Positions 1-12,613 of a stretch of 64,000 bases of DNA are shown here, in pieces. The first letter of the stretch is position 1. Each line of letters starts with the position of its first letter. The DNA lies in assembly GCF_009914755.1 (NCBI RefSeq), contig NC_060928.1; one strand, 5' to 3'. The position numbers and the translations under genes are program-made. A model generated the notes under the pieces. That model had not been told where the DNA came from, made no database searches, and saw only the letters and a program-made list of their open reading frames with translations. This DNA comes from the human T2T-CHM13v2.0 reference genome, Homo sapiens.

Positions 1-879
1 TTTGAAGCTCTGATCCTGACTCCCTTCCTTAGCTGCCATAATCCACCGATGGAGCCTTACCTCGAGAGACAATGCCAGTTTCTCCTCATTGTTATGAGAG
101 TAACCCTGATGTAAGAACCTCATTTTCCAGGCAAGATCAGGATTTAGCTTCTATTTAAACAGGTCTTTGGACTAGAGCTCTGATTTTTGCCTCCAAACAG
201 ATTCTTCTAGCTTTGGGTTTTTAAGATCAGTTCTGATTGAGAGGTTAGGAAGACAGTTTTCAGTGTGCCTTCTAATGCTCCCTTTAGGCCTTTCCTAATT
301 CAAATCTGCATTTGTCTGGGAGCTGTAATAATTTTTTGGATGTGGAAGTTGGGGAATTGGGAAATCAGTTTTAGTTTTGCTGATTATGTTTCTAAATAAG
401 ATTATCCTTTTGATAAGATTGTAGAATTGAATTATTCCAAAGAATATCTAGACATTTTACCAGCCATCAAAGGGATGACCAAATCTGTCCTCTTCTCTCC
501 TTACCACTCCCCTCCCCACTCTTCCTCTTCCCTTCTCTCATTTATTTATTATCTATTTGTCTATCTATCCATCTGTATGTCTAACCTCAATCAGTCATCT
601 GTGAGTCATGTCTTTGTCTACTTTGTTTTGTTTTGATGGAATGGCAGCAAAGGATGATAAGAGAGCAGTAGTTGTCTGAAGTCTCAAATATCACTGGAGT
701 TTGTTCAAAGTGTTGCGTGAAGGTAGTTCAGTCATACCTAGCTTGTATTATTTGTTGAAATCGTGGTCAAGGAAGAAAAGGACTTTTCTGGGGTTGAAAG
801 AGGCAAAATTCAGGGTAGTGAAACTTGAAAAATGGAGCAAAGAAAACTTGGTTAAAGATAAGGCTGTAATGCCAGATGA

Positions 880-908
880 CAAAAACAAAAACAAAACAAA
901 ACAAAACA
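880..908. repeat. (CAAAA)n A-rich microsatellite
   Basis: caaaaacaaaaacaaaacaaaacaaaacaa. Confidence 0.8.
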
Positions 909-1643
909 ATGAAACTCCTTTTCTCTTTCCAGAGAGAGAGACTAATGGCCCCAGCTCCTCATGTGGTCTCATTTTCCAGTTGCCCCAAAACTTTCTGCTC
1001 TGAGACCCACTATGGCTCTTCTTTCTGCACCTCTCACCTGGTGAAGCGACCTGTGGCCCCACTGATGCTCAGGCTGTGACAGTACTGCAATGAAAAGAGA
1101 GACCAGGGTCTGGAGGTCCCAACAGCAAGTAGTGCTTCTAGAGAGAACTCCTCCCCAGCCAGCACTGCTCATTGAACAGCTTACAACCCATGATGAGCTG
1201 TTTTTCTAGGAGGCCCTCTTCCATTCCCCAGGCCCAAACGCCTCTGTGAGATATGGGACTAAACAATGACCCACACCTCTTGGCTAAACACTCTGGATAA
1301 CACTGGTTACTCAGCTTCCTCTAGCCTTCCAGGACAGCTCACAACATACCCCACATTCCAATAACCTCAGTGCTAGAAGTCCACACCTCCTAGATCATTA
1401 TCGCTTGTCTCAACACTGCTTTTTACCTTCCCCACTCTATCTTGTTTATGCTGCTCTGCAATCTCAGACTCCTCCACTGCCCTCTATAATTCTTGGTTTT
1501 CCATTACCAAACTTTTCTACATCCCAAAACTGCTCTCTGAACATTTGCTTCCCCTTCTTCCTCTAACTGAAACTTGGCTGTTCCCTGAGGAAATTTCTTT
1601 CCTAGAAGCAGTTTCCTCCCAAATGGAAGATGTCTTGTCTTTC

Positions 1644-2276
1644 TGTCAGAGGTGTTCGAGCTAGAGTGACTCCATCATGAGCAGGGGCTGGATAAAATGA
1701 GGCTGAGACCTACTGGACCACATTCCCAGGAGGTTAGGCATTTGTAGTCACAAGATGAGATAGGAGGTCAGCAGGACTGGTATCACAAGATTCAGGCAAA
1801 ACAGGACACCATAAAGAAGCCAGCCAAACCCCACCAAAACCAAGATGGCAGTGAAAGTGATACCTGGCCATCCTCACTGCTCATTATACACTAACTGAAT
1901 GCATTAGCATGCTAAAAGACACTCCCACCAGTGCCATGACAGTTTACAATACCATGGCAACGTCTGGAAGTTACCTTATACATTCTAAAAAGGGGAGGAA
2001 CCCTTTTTGGAACCATTCTGGGAATTGTCTGCCCCTTTCCCAGAAAACTCATGAATAATCTACCCCTTGTTTATCATATAATCAAGAAATAATCATAAAA
2101 ATAGCCAACCAGTAGCCCTTGGGGCTGCTCTGTCTATGGAGCAGCGATTCTTTTGTTTCTTTACTTCACTCATGAACTTGCCTTCAGTTTACTCTGTGGA
2201 CTCACCCTGGATTCCTTCTTGCACAAGGTCCAAGAACCCTCTCTTGGGGTCTGCATCGGGACCCCTTTCTGGTAAA
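1644..2276 (+). mobile_element. Solo LTR, MER41B (ERV1)
   Basis: Starts tgtcagaggtgttcgagctagag and ends ggggtctgcatcgggacccctttctggtaa, matching recalled MER41B termini; about 630 bp; contains tandem GAS motifs. Confidence 0.85.
2016..2045. promoter_or_regulatory. Tandem STAT GAS motifs (TTCN3GAA) in MER41B
   Basis: TTCTGGGAA at 2016-2024 and TTCCCAGAA at 2037-2045. Confidence 0.7.
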
Positions 2277-4221
2277 CCTTTATTTGGCTGTAGGTAGAGT
2301 AAGTATCTTTTTTCTTCCTATTGATCCTTCCAAACTATCTATCCTTCTTTTGACTTTGAAAACCCTAAGTCTGTTGAGTTCATGTCTTCAGACTTTACCA
2401 CCTAATCTCTCTTCTAATAGTTGTCATCTTTCAGAATCTCTTGCTGTCTCTCATCATTCTTTGATGACTTTATCATCTAGTTTATTGTATTTGATTTCCT
2501 CCATTATTCCTACAATCCTGTTGGTTTTGCTGTCCTTGTAGATTATCCACCCAGTACCCTGGTCTCTCAATTTCTTGAACTTCTCTACTTCAAATATCTT
2601 CACTCCACTGCAACCAGCCACTGCCATTCTTACAGCCACACCATAGACATTATTAACAGTCAATACCAATAGCCTTTAAAATCTCTGGACAGCAATCACT
2701 ATCCTGCTGTCTGATTATCACATTTTGAGTCTCTATCTCACTCCTACCAGTTCCCTTGGAACTGTTCTTTGACCCTATAGGGACATTCAATCCATTGATC
2801 CTGCTGATTTTATTTTTTAATTTCCCTAACTTTCATATTGTTATTTATCTTCTTGTTAAGCTAGCTTCCATGGTCTGGCACTTGAGCCAGATTCTTGCAG
2901 AAAACCTGAACTTTCTTGTTTTCCTTTCTCTCCACTGAACACATCTGAAAAAACTCACCCCTTGTGAAACCCAGTTATCCTCCTATGCTGTAACTACACC
3001 TGAGAAACTAATGTTACTAGAGGAAATTCATACAACCATGATGACTGGACTTGCCTAAAGTTTTCCACTGTAAATCCCAAATGGAATCCAATGCTGCTAG
3101 ATGATGCTGTTTCACTTCCTTGGTACATTCACCCTCCTACACTCTAGGACAATCTTTCTTCTAAAACCTCCATTCTTTCATCCCATTCACTCTCAGCCAA
3201 TAACCTCGGCCAAGGAAATGTAGCTAACTTAGAATTGCCTCATCTTCCCATCACTAAACCTACCAATCTACTTGCATCTGTACCCTCCATGTATTTTATG
3301 TTTCTTTCTGAACACTGGAAGTAGTGTTTCTACTTCTGATGTCCAGCCCCTCTGTTAGCGTCTTAGATCACATCACATCCACATTTGTTTACTCAAGGAC
3401 CTCAATACTGGAGTTACCCTCTCTCTTCTTAATTATTGTTTTTTTTCATCATGGAATTATTCCTAATGATATACAAACATGTTTTATTATTAATCATCCC
3501 TTGAATCCCATGATTTGAGGGAACCTAAAAAAATAAAATAAAATAAAACTATATCTCCCTTGACGTCACATCATCCTCATATGTTTTATTTCTTTCCCTC
3601 TCTTCACAGTCTTCAAACTATTTGTTTATACTTTCTGTCTCTACTTTCTCATTTTTTTCCTTTCATATGCCCATTCCAAGTACACTTTTTTGTACCCACC
3701 ACTCTGTTGAAATAGATCCTATCCAGTTTATCAATAGCATCTAATATAGTGGTCAATTTTCTGTCTGAATCTAATTCAGCCTCTCACTAGCATCTGACAC
3801 AGTTGATCTCTCTTTCCTTCTTTTTTTCATGCTTAATGATGTTTATTGTTTGCTTCACAAATGAAACATGTTAGTCAATAATTCTGAAGTTATGATTATT
3901 AATAGATAATGAAAGCCTATTCAAAATTCACTTTACTCTTCAATGATGTAACTTTTCATTTGGAAATTTCTCTGCAGTCTCTCAATAATTTACACATGGA
4001 GATAATTGAATATATGACATGTTTTGAAGGGTAACTTCTAATTGAGTAGATACATATCTCCTTTTTTGAAACCCTTTCTTCTCTAAGCCATCACATTTTC
4101 CTCCAGATTTTATCTGATTTTCCTCTGGCTTCCCTTTTCAGACCTTTGCTTGTTCTGGAAAGGGAAACCAGTGAGGTAGGAATAAAATCTTTACTGCACT
4201 TCTGTGTTGGAATGTCCCTGC

Positions 4222-4735
4222 ATTGGGAGCACAGACTCTGGAGTCAAATTGCTTGAGTTTAAATTCTGATTCTATTACTTCCTAGCTATATGACCTTGAG
4301 AAATTTATTGTATCATTTCCCTTTTTGAAAAATGAGGAAAAATCATAGTACCTGTTTCTTAGAGATGTGGTAAAGATTAAATGAGTTTGGCTGGGCACGG
4401 TGGCTCACACCTGTAATCCCAGCTCTTGGGAGGCTGAGGCAGGCGGATTGCTTGAGCCCAGGAGTTCAAGACCAGCCTGCAACATGGCAAGACCCCATCT
4501 CTACAATTAAAAAGTCGGGTGTGGTGGCCTGTACCTTTGGTCCCAGCTGCTCAGGAGGCTGATGCTGGAGGATCACTTGAGCCCAGGAGTTCGAGGCTGC
4601 AGTGAGCCATGATCATGCCATTGCCATCCAGCCTGGGCAACAGAGTGAGACTATCTCAAAAAAAAAGTAAATATAGACCATCTTAGTGTCTGTTTATAGT
4701 AAATGCTATATTAATGGCTATACTAATGGTAGCTA
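4222..4735 (+). mobile_element. MIR SINE split by an Alu
   Basis: MIR core gactctggagtcaaattgcttgagtttaaattctg...gattaaatgag, continuing after 4667. Confidence 0.65.
4389..4666 (+). mobile_element. AluJ
   Basis: Dimeric Alu with J-type ttgagcccaggagttc in both arms and an A tail. Confidence 0.9.
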
Positions 4736-4779
4736 TTGTTATTTCCCAAGCTTTTAAATTTGGTGCTGAAATGGAAGGG

Positions 4780-5625
4780 GACTCGCCTTTTGGGTTATGG
4801 AGCTGGAAAATGCCAGTTAATGACTGCTGGTAGTCCTTTCCCTACCATGTGGAAAAAGTCTGCATGAGACGAGATTGAGGTTAACACATGAAAGGAGTCA
4901 AGAAAAAGGGAGGAGTATAATAGTCAACATTCTTGATTATGAACAACAGATCCATTCCAAATAGTCCAAAAATAAGCAAAAGTGGATTTATTAAAAGATA
5001 TTAGGTAGCTCAAGGAATTTCCAGAATTGCTGGAAAACAGGCTTGATAGTTCATTGCCATGGACATTGAAGCTAAGAACACTGGCTGATCTTGCTGAAAA
5101 ATTATACTGGCAAAAACATCATTCCTACTACCTGTTGCCAATTGATATGGCACCAACCCTGAACCTGAAGCCATAATCTGTGTTGCTGTTGCCCCAAAAG
5201 AACTAGATTCCTTGACCACTGTCCTTGTCAGGAAATCAATCTCCCAGTGTGGGGCCATCACTGATTATAACTCCCCTCCACATTCAAGTCTCCTGTAGTT
5301 GTATCTGTTTGGCAATGCCTAGATCATACACCTTTACTCTAAATGCAAAGAAATCCAGTAAATGTAATTTTTTATATTCTACTTTTAGAAGAAATAATTC
5401 ACAATATGGAAAACTATAAAAATGTGAAAATGTTTTTCAGCAGCTATAAATAATATGTTTTCAATATAGATTCCTGTGGTAGAGAGGGGGAACTGTTGAC
5501 TTCATGTGAAATCCTTGGATCCAGCTGGACCTAAGACTACTCTTTGGAACTTCATGTTTTATGAAACAATAAGTTTCTTCCTTTAGTTGAGAGAGTTTGA
5601 GTTAGCTTTTTGTCAGTTCTATTTA
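4780..5625 (+). mobile_element. Old MaLR LTR fragments (MLT1J/K-like)
   Basis: 3' end cttggatccagc...aataagtttcttcctttagttgagagagtttgagttagctttttgtcag resembles the MLT1J/K terminus; the middle part may be a separate insertion. Confidence 0.45.
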
Positions 5626-6309
5626 GTGTTATTATTAATGCAGCTTCCAACCTTTCTGATCCAAGGTTCACTACTGCAATATCCCCATAATTGGTCTCTT
5701 GCCCCCCATACCCACCCTTCTATCTTTTCTCTTCTCTAGAGTCAGGTAATTTTTCATAAATATAACTATTTATGTCATCCTTCTGCCCAAAACTCTAAAT
5801 GGCTTTCTGTTGCTTTTTGATGAAAACCAAGGTTCCAACATAGTATATACTCTCTATAACTGGGCTTTGTTCACTTTTTCAGGCTTAACCTTTTTGCTGA
5901 TTTTTCTGCTCAAGTCTTGCTGGCCTTAATTTTGTTCCTTAAACATAGCAACTTCTCATCTTATCAAGGCCTTCAGACAGGCTGTTTCTTGCCCCTAGAG
6001 AGCTCCTTCCACTCTGTCATTCTCCCTTATCCTCCTACTGCTCAATCCCCAGCAATCTCCTCTTTATCTTTTGTCTTTTGACTTAGATGTTACTTCAAGA
6101 ATGTCATTAGAATGGGAGCTCTTTGGAGCCAGGGAATTTGTCTGTTTTGTTCACTGTTGTATGCCCACTGCGTAGAGCAGTGAATGTTGAATGAACAAAT
6201 GAGGGAGGAAGGGTTTCATCCTCCCAGTCCGTGAGATTTCTTCTTACTTTCCCAGCATGCCCAAAGCCTGTAATTTTTTGTTTAAATCGGCATTCACATC
6301 AAAGCACAC

Positions 6310-6745
6310 TGCTATAGTTAGGATGTTTGTCCCCCAAACCTTGAAATTTGATCTCCAGTGTTGGAGGTGGGGGCCCAATGAGAGCTGTTTGGGTCATGGG
6401 GGCAGATTCATCATGAATGGCTTGGTTCCATCCTCACAGTAATTAGTGAATTCTCGCTCTGTTAGTTCCCACCAGAGCTGGTTGTTAAAAAGAGCCTGGT
6501 ACCTCCCTCCCCTCTCTCTCTTGCATCTTCTCTCACCACGTGATATCTGCATGCACTGGCTCCCCTTTGACTTCCACCGTGCACTGGCTCCCCTTTGACT
6601 TCCACCGTGAATGGAAGCAACCTGAGGCTTTTATCAGATGCCCAATCTTTCAGCCAGCAGAACCATGAACCAAATAAACATTTTTTTCTTTATAAATTAT
6701 TCAGTCTCAGGTTTTCCTTTATAGCAATGCAAATGGACTAAGACA
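6310..6745 (+). mobile_element. Solo MaLR LTR, MSTB-type, inserted in an L1
   Basis: tgctatagttaggatgtttgtccc...gcaaatggactaagaca termini. Confidence 0.8.
6552..6607. repeat. Perfect 28-bp tandem duplication
   Basis: tgcactggctcccctttgacttccaccg occurs twice. Confidence 0.9.
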
Positions 6746-7757
6746 GAAACTATCAACAGAATGAAAAAGCAACCATGGAATGGTAGAAAATGTTTGCAAA
6801 TCTTATATCTGATAAGGGATAATATCCAGAGTATATAAAGAACTCCTAAAACTCAACAATAACAACAAAAAATCCAATTTAAAAATGGGGAAAGGACTTA
6901 AATAGACATTTCTCCAAAGAATGTATACAGGTATCTAATAAATGTGAGAAGATGCCCAACACCACTAATTATTTGTAAATGAACATCAAAATCACAATGA
7001 GATACCACTTCATACTGGCTATTATTAAAAACAAACAAACAAAAAACCAGAAAATAACAAGTGTTGATGAGGATATAGAGAAATTAGGGCACTAGGACAT
7101 TACTGGCAGGCATGTATAATAGTGCACCCTCTGTGAAAAATGGCATAGTGGTTTCTCAAAAAATTAAAAATAGGCTTACCATATGATCCAGCAATTCCAC
7201 TTCTGGGTATATTCAAAATATTGAAAGCAGGGACTCAAACAGATAATGGTACAACAATGTTCACAGCAGCATTATTCACAATAGCCAAAAGATGGAAAGA
7301 ACCCAAGTGCCCATCAATGGATGAATGGATAAACAAAATGTGATATTTACATATAACAGAATTATTCAACCTTAAAAAGTAATGACATTCTGATGCTTGC
7401 TACAACCTGGGTGAACCTTGAAGACATTATCCTAGGTGAAATAAGCCAGAAACGAAAGGACAAATATTGTATAATTCCACTTGTGTGAGATATCTAGTGA
7501 AGTCAAATTCATAAAGACAACAGATAAAATGGTCAAAAGAGGTGGGGGGCAGAGGGAAAAGGAGGATTATTATTTATTGGGTACAGAATTTCAGCTTGAC
7601 AAGATGAAAAGGGGTCTGGAGATGGATGTTGGTGATGGTTGCACAACAATGTGAATGTGTTTAATGCCACTGAACTGCACACCTAAAAATGTTCTAAAAT
7701 GGTACATTTTTGTTATGTATATTTTACAATAAAAAATGTAAAATTAATAAAAGAAAA
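6746..7757 (+). mobile_element. L1MB-type LINE-1 3' end (ORF2 C-terminus and 3'UTR)
   Basis: atagacatttctccaaaga, atatgatccagcaattccacttctgggtat, ccatcaatggatgaatggataaacaaaatgtg, A-rich tail. Confidence 0.85.
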
Positions 7758-9439
7758 AATGTAAAATCTATATTTTCTGCTAAATGTAAGTTTAATTGGG
7801 GCAGGAACCTTGTCTTTTTCACTGCTGTATCCCCGGCATCTAGCATAGTGTTTGGGGCATAGTAGAATCATTTGTTGGAATTGAATGAATGCCCGAAGTT
7901 GGGGAGAAACCAGGTTTCCATTCAGGGAATATTGGACAAAAGCCAACGTAGCGTTTTGTGGCATATCTCCTGCTGTGCTTCTCAGAAGTCACTAAGCCAA
8001 ATCATAACTTCTCAGGATCTTAGTTTCCATGTCTAAGATTTGGTGGATAGTCTTTGACCAACCTTTTGGTGGGATTCTTGAGAGAACTGAATGATGCACT
8101 CTGGAGGGGATCTTGTAGTACATGGAATTACTCAGCTGCCTTTTGCATGTGTCCCAGTCCTGGGCTCTTCCCTGAGGTGCCCAGTCACCCCTGTCCTTGC
8201 TGCCAGTCACCATCCACCCCTTCTCCACCCCATACGTCTCAGCTGCTGCCATTCTTTCTCCTACGCTGGAGGCACTGGGGCTGCATTGTGCTTTAAAACG
8301 ATGGACCATAAAGCCTTTGTTAAGTTGCCCGTACATCCTTTATGTCTCTACATATATCAGATTGTAAGCCCCCAGAGGAGCAGAGCCAAGTTGTTAACTC
8401 ACATTCACGGTTCTAAATTCAGTGCAGTGAGCAGATCGGGTTTATCCTCATGATGATGAAGAGGAATTGGAAGACTTTTCTTCCATTATATCGAATGCAG
8501 CTACTGAATTTTATAGGGTCCTCTTAGAATTTTCTGGATGGTTTCCTTTTTTTCACTTGAATACCTTATTCCCCTGGAGTGAAATGCATAGAGATAGAGA
8601 GGTAAATGGTCTGAAAACAAATGTACTGTAATACATTCACTTTGGCTGCAAAAATAAAACAACCCAAACCTAGTTTTTCTTGCAGTCTTTAAATCCAGAT
8701 GGTAGTAAAATTTGACATTTCAATTCTGTTTGTGAAATTCATTTTGTTTTTAAATTGGGAAGAACTATAGAGCTAAAAATTGTCTGAAGCACTGGGAAAG
8801 CCTGGTGAGACCTCTTTAGGAGTGTTATTAATAAGGACTTGGTATTTTAAAGTGGATTTGGAGGCACTGTAGATAGACACTATCAACAACTACAATGGAT
8901 TTGAACAAGGACCCTGATACCAAGAAGCCACATCCCTACTCCATACCTAAAATGACAGAGACAGAGGATTGGCCTGGAGAATGCAAGGAAAAAAGAAATC
9001 TGGACAAAAATAGAGACTGTTTTGGTAGCCAAATTTAGTTAATATTTTTTTAAAGAACCAATTCCCTAGTGGGCTTGCAGCTGAAAATTTAGCATTAGAA
9101 TTCCACTTTTAGTTGGCACATAACTATTTACATTAACTGTATAGTAAAATATTTATAGTTCTCATTCCATAAGGTAGGTTATCATTCTCAACAAGTCTGT
9201 CTTTATAAAGTTCTGAAATTAACAATCATGTAAGGCCTTTTTACAAATAAATTTCTGTACTATAAGGATTCAGCTTAATTGAACTTAAGATTTAGGGGCC
9301 CAGAGTGGTCAAAATCAGGTAAGATGCCCCCCTTACAGAATAGTTTATTGGCTAGGCTTATTTCTGATGGTGTCTGCTCTCTCTATATTCCTGGAGAAAA
9401 GCATAGAAACAAACCAGTGTCTATGTTGTAAGCAGTGTA

Positions 9440-10010
9440 CCAGTTAAGTTTCTTTTGGTTGAAAGTGAAGGAAGCTCAACCAAATGGAATTAATCAAAAA
9501 GGGAATTTATAGGCATTTGTAACTGGTCCGCTTGAAGAGCCTGGTTTACCTGTTGCTTGACGCAGGTGCCCAGAGACATTTCCAGCACCAGGTCTCACCT
9601 CATTTTCTCTCTCTTCCACATGTTGGCCTCATTCTTAGATAAAGTCTCCCCTCATGGTTGTAAGAAAGCTGCAGCCTTCCGAGACTTCACACTCCCAAGA
9701 CTTCAAGTCTATTGAGGAAGAGAGGACATCTCACCCTCAGCAGATAAATTCATAAAGACAGAAAATAAAATGGTGGTTGACAGAGGCCCCGCGTTTGGTT
9801 CTCAGTAGCCTGAATTAGGACATGTGCCCATCCCTGAATCAATTATTTTGTGTAAGTGGATTGAATCTGCCGATTAACTTAGTTCAGTCATGGCTCATAC
9901 TGGATTTAAGAGTGGGATAAGCCATCCAAACCACATGGCCCAAGATTGGTGGAAAAGTGGAAAAGTGGTTCCATGAAGGAGAATTATGATAGTTATAGGG
10001 ACCAAAACAA
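9440..10010 (-). mobile_element. Old MaLR LTR (MLT1K/L-like)
   Basis: Reverse complement of an MLT1 3' end (gttaagtttcttttggttgaaagtgaaggaagctcaacc...aaagggaatttatagg). Confidence 0.5.
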
Positions 10011-10579
10011 CAGATATCAGCTATAAAGTTGCATTTAATAAAAGTACTCAAGATTTTTATAGAATATTTACAAATATTGACTTTATTATTTGCTAGGATA
10101 TACAAAAAATGCATAAAAAGTCTCTTTTTGGTTTCTTATGGCATGAGAAACCATCTAATTCTTAGAGTTGATACATTATAAGAGTTTTATGCTTCCTGAT
10201 TCTCATGTGTTTAATTATGAAGGTCTGAGTACCTGACTGCTTTGATATATTGTAGAAAAATATGTTAATGAGCTATTTTCTCCACACCTTTTTCCTGGGA
10301 AATGTACATTCTTTGGATTTGGAGAGAATGAATTTCTTCAGAGTCTCCTTCCTTTTGCTAACCACATTCTATATTTAGACCAAAAGGAGAAAGAGTTATT
10401 TCTGGCACTGGGCTGAAGAAAATCCTTCTGTGTGTGAGTATTGCTACCATATACATAAACTGTGTATTTGTGTGTGCAGTGACAGTTACATCTTCCTTCA
10501 CTGGCTCTGGTACAGGTTCTTATTCTCTGATTCTTTCTCTATTTCCTTACATGTCTCTTCTTCCTCTCCATAATGCATA

Positions 10580-10638
10580 ATACATATATGTATGTGCATG
10601 TATATGTACATGTATGTATGCATGTATATGTATACACA
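10580..10638. repeat. Alternating purine-pyrimidine simple repeat (TA/TG/CA)
   Basis: 59 bp of unbroken RY alternation. Confidence 0.85.
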
Positions 10639-11447
10639 GGTGATATTAAAAAGTATTTAACAAATAAAATTACATGAAAGTCTACCAGTCAAAGTGGATG
10701 TCAGCCATAAACAACCAATATCACTGTACAGGGACACAGGAGCTGAATATAAGCCTATATGGGCCTTATATCATGGGAACAAAAAAATTATTAACAGGTG
10801 AATTTCCAAAGATTCCTGCTTCAACTCTCCCAGTGAAGATGGGGAGGGGAGTGGAGAACAGAGAGAGCACAAGAATTGGATGAATTGTCCTTGGGAAAAA
10901 AGGAGTAAAACAGAAAAACGTCCATTACTTGTTAGGACACTACACATCAGTGGTTGTGATACGATGGGAGAAAATCTGTTTAAAGGTGAGAGGAATTAGA
11001 GGTGAGGAAGAAGAAGCAAGAGGAGGAAGAGATAGTGAGAAAATTGCATGGATGAGAGAGTTTCTTGGGGTTGGAAAAAGAGAGTCTCCAAAGAGTTTCA
11101 GATAGAATGAAGTGGCAAGATGAGAAATTTTAATGTGTTTCTCTGGATTATGTGTTTGATTTTTCTTTCAATATCCTTCGAGAAGTGCAAGAATATTGCT
11201 CTAATATTTCCCTGGAACTAGATGAGTTGGGTCTACAGGTTTGTAAAGGATTATACACCAAAAAGAGATGTGTTAGAGCTTTTGGTAATTCTGTTTCTTT
11301 GCCCATCGTTTCTGCTGAAGGGGTGGGACATGGTGGCCATGTTTTGTGCCTGCCTACTCCCACCTTGTTATGACTTACTGAACTAGGGAAGGGTTCCTGG
11401 CTCAGGCATTGGCCTTAAATTGGCCAGCGACTATGGTGTGATCTGGT

Positions 11448-11507
11448 AAAAAAAACAAAAACAACAAAACAACAACAACAACAACAACAAAACAAAAACA
11501 AAAAAAA
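11448..11507. repeat. (CAA)n / A-rich microsatellite
   Basis: aaaacaaaaacaacaaaacaacaacaacaacaacaaaac. Confidence 0.8.
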
Positions 11508-11559
11508 CACGCTGGTCCACTCAGCTTTCTCCTTTGGGGAATTTGTACCATGAATACCA

Positions 11560-12075
11560 GTGCATTCATTCAGTTGTTCAACTATGGTTAGTTACAAGTA
11601 CCTAATGTCCATCGACGCTCTCCAGGGTACTGCTAATGACTAGGAAAGAAGGGCAATTTTAAATACACAAATAAGGCAATTTCAGGTGATGAAAACTGCT
11701 CTGAAATAGTTAAAGTGGAGATTTCACAGAATGTTGTTGGGACAGTGAGCTACTTTAGCTAGGCTGGGCAGAGAGGGCTTCTCAGGTGGTGGTTGAGCTG
11801 AGACTTGAATAAGATAAAGAGCCAGAAGATTTCTGTGCCAGGCAGAAGGGACAGCAACATTAGAGGCTCTGAAGTGGGAACAAGTTTGGCATGCTTGCCT
11901 GGAGAGTGAGTGAATGGCAGTGGGGGAGGTGGGTGGTGGCATGACTGTGAAGAGGAAGCCAACGCCTGATGTTCCAGAGTCATGAGGGCCCTGGTCAGGA
12001 GTTTGGATTTTATTCTAAATGCACTGAGAAGCCATGGAGGGTTTGGAGCAGGGCAACAGCATGGTCTGTGAATAA
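11560..12075 (-). mobile_element. L2 fragment
   Basis: cattcattcagttgttca...ggagtttggattttattctaaatgcactgagaagccatggagggttt, typical antisense L2. Confidence 0.7.
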
Positions 12076-12613
12076 CGAAGACATTTACTGAGAAAGGAAC
12101 ACATCTAGGGGAGAAATCAAGAAGGAAAGAGTTTACAATGGGAGCTACCACTGAGAGCTCTGATGGGAAATATATGTGTACACCAAGACAGTGAAGAAGC
12201 AGAAACCATGCTTTAGATGAAGAAGCAGAGATTCCAAGCTAGAGAGGATAGGCTGAGGGAGCCAGCCAAGAGGAAGAGAACAGCAGAACTAGGTTGTGAG
12301 TGAGAGTGAGGTGGAAAGAGTGCTCAATACTTTAGCTGTTTCTGTGGTGGCTTCCTAGTTGCCCTGAGAACTGTATGTATCACAGTTCCTCTAAGATCCC
12401 CTTTTCTGTTATTGCTCTATTGATTCTTTCAGTAAAACACCCCTTCCCCTTTAAAAGCTACCTTGAGGGACTTTGTTACTAGAAACTAAAGCTAGCTAAC
12501 TAAAACGAATGGGATCATACTATACATAGCCTTTTGTAACTTGTGTTATTCCCTTATCATGATGGAACAGATGTCTTTCATGTCAGTAGATGATAGAACT
12601 GCACCATCACTTT

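Larger units (their letters stand above)
1480..7890 (+). mobile_element. Long, fragmented L2 LINE relic (endonuclease region through RT to 3' end) with several nested younger insertions
   Basis: Degenerate ORF2 motifs in the expected order: ctaactgaaacttggctg (LTETWL, ~1563); segments resembling 'TLASQFLDLL' and 'HGHTLDLVIT' (~2555-2660); gcatctgacacagttgat (like AFDTVD, ~3790); L2 3' region 5640-6290; L2 terminal ...gaatgaatg at ~7890. Confidence 0.65.

Noticed and set aside
701-1172. Overlapping 67-104 aa ORFs at the window start
   Set aside because: They span a CAAAA repeat, have no recognisable homology or clear exon structure, and are of a length expected by chance
7992-8453. Three overlapping ORFs of 80-120 aa in GC-richer DNA
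   Set aside because: No recognisable domain and open on both strands, consistent with base composition
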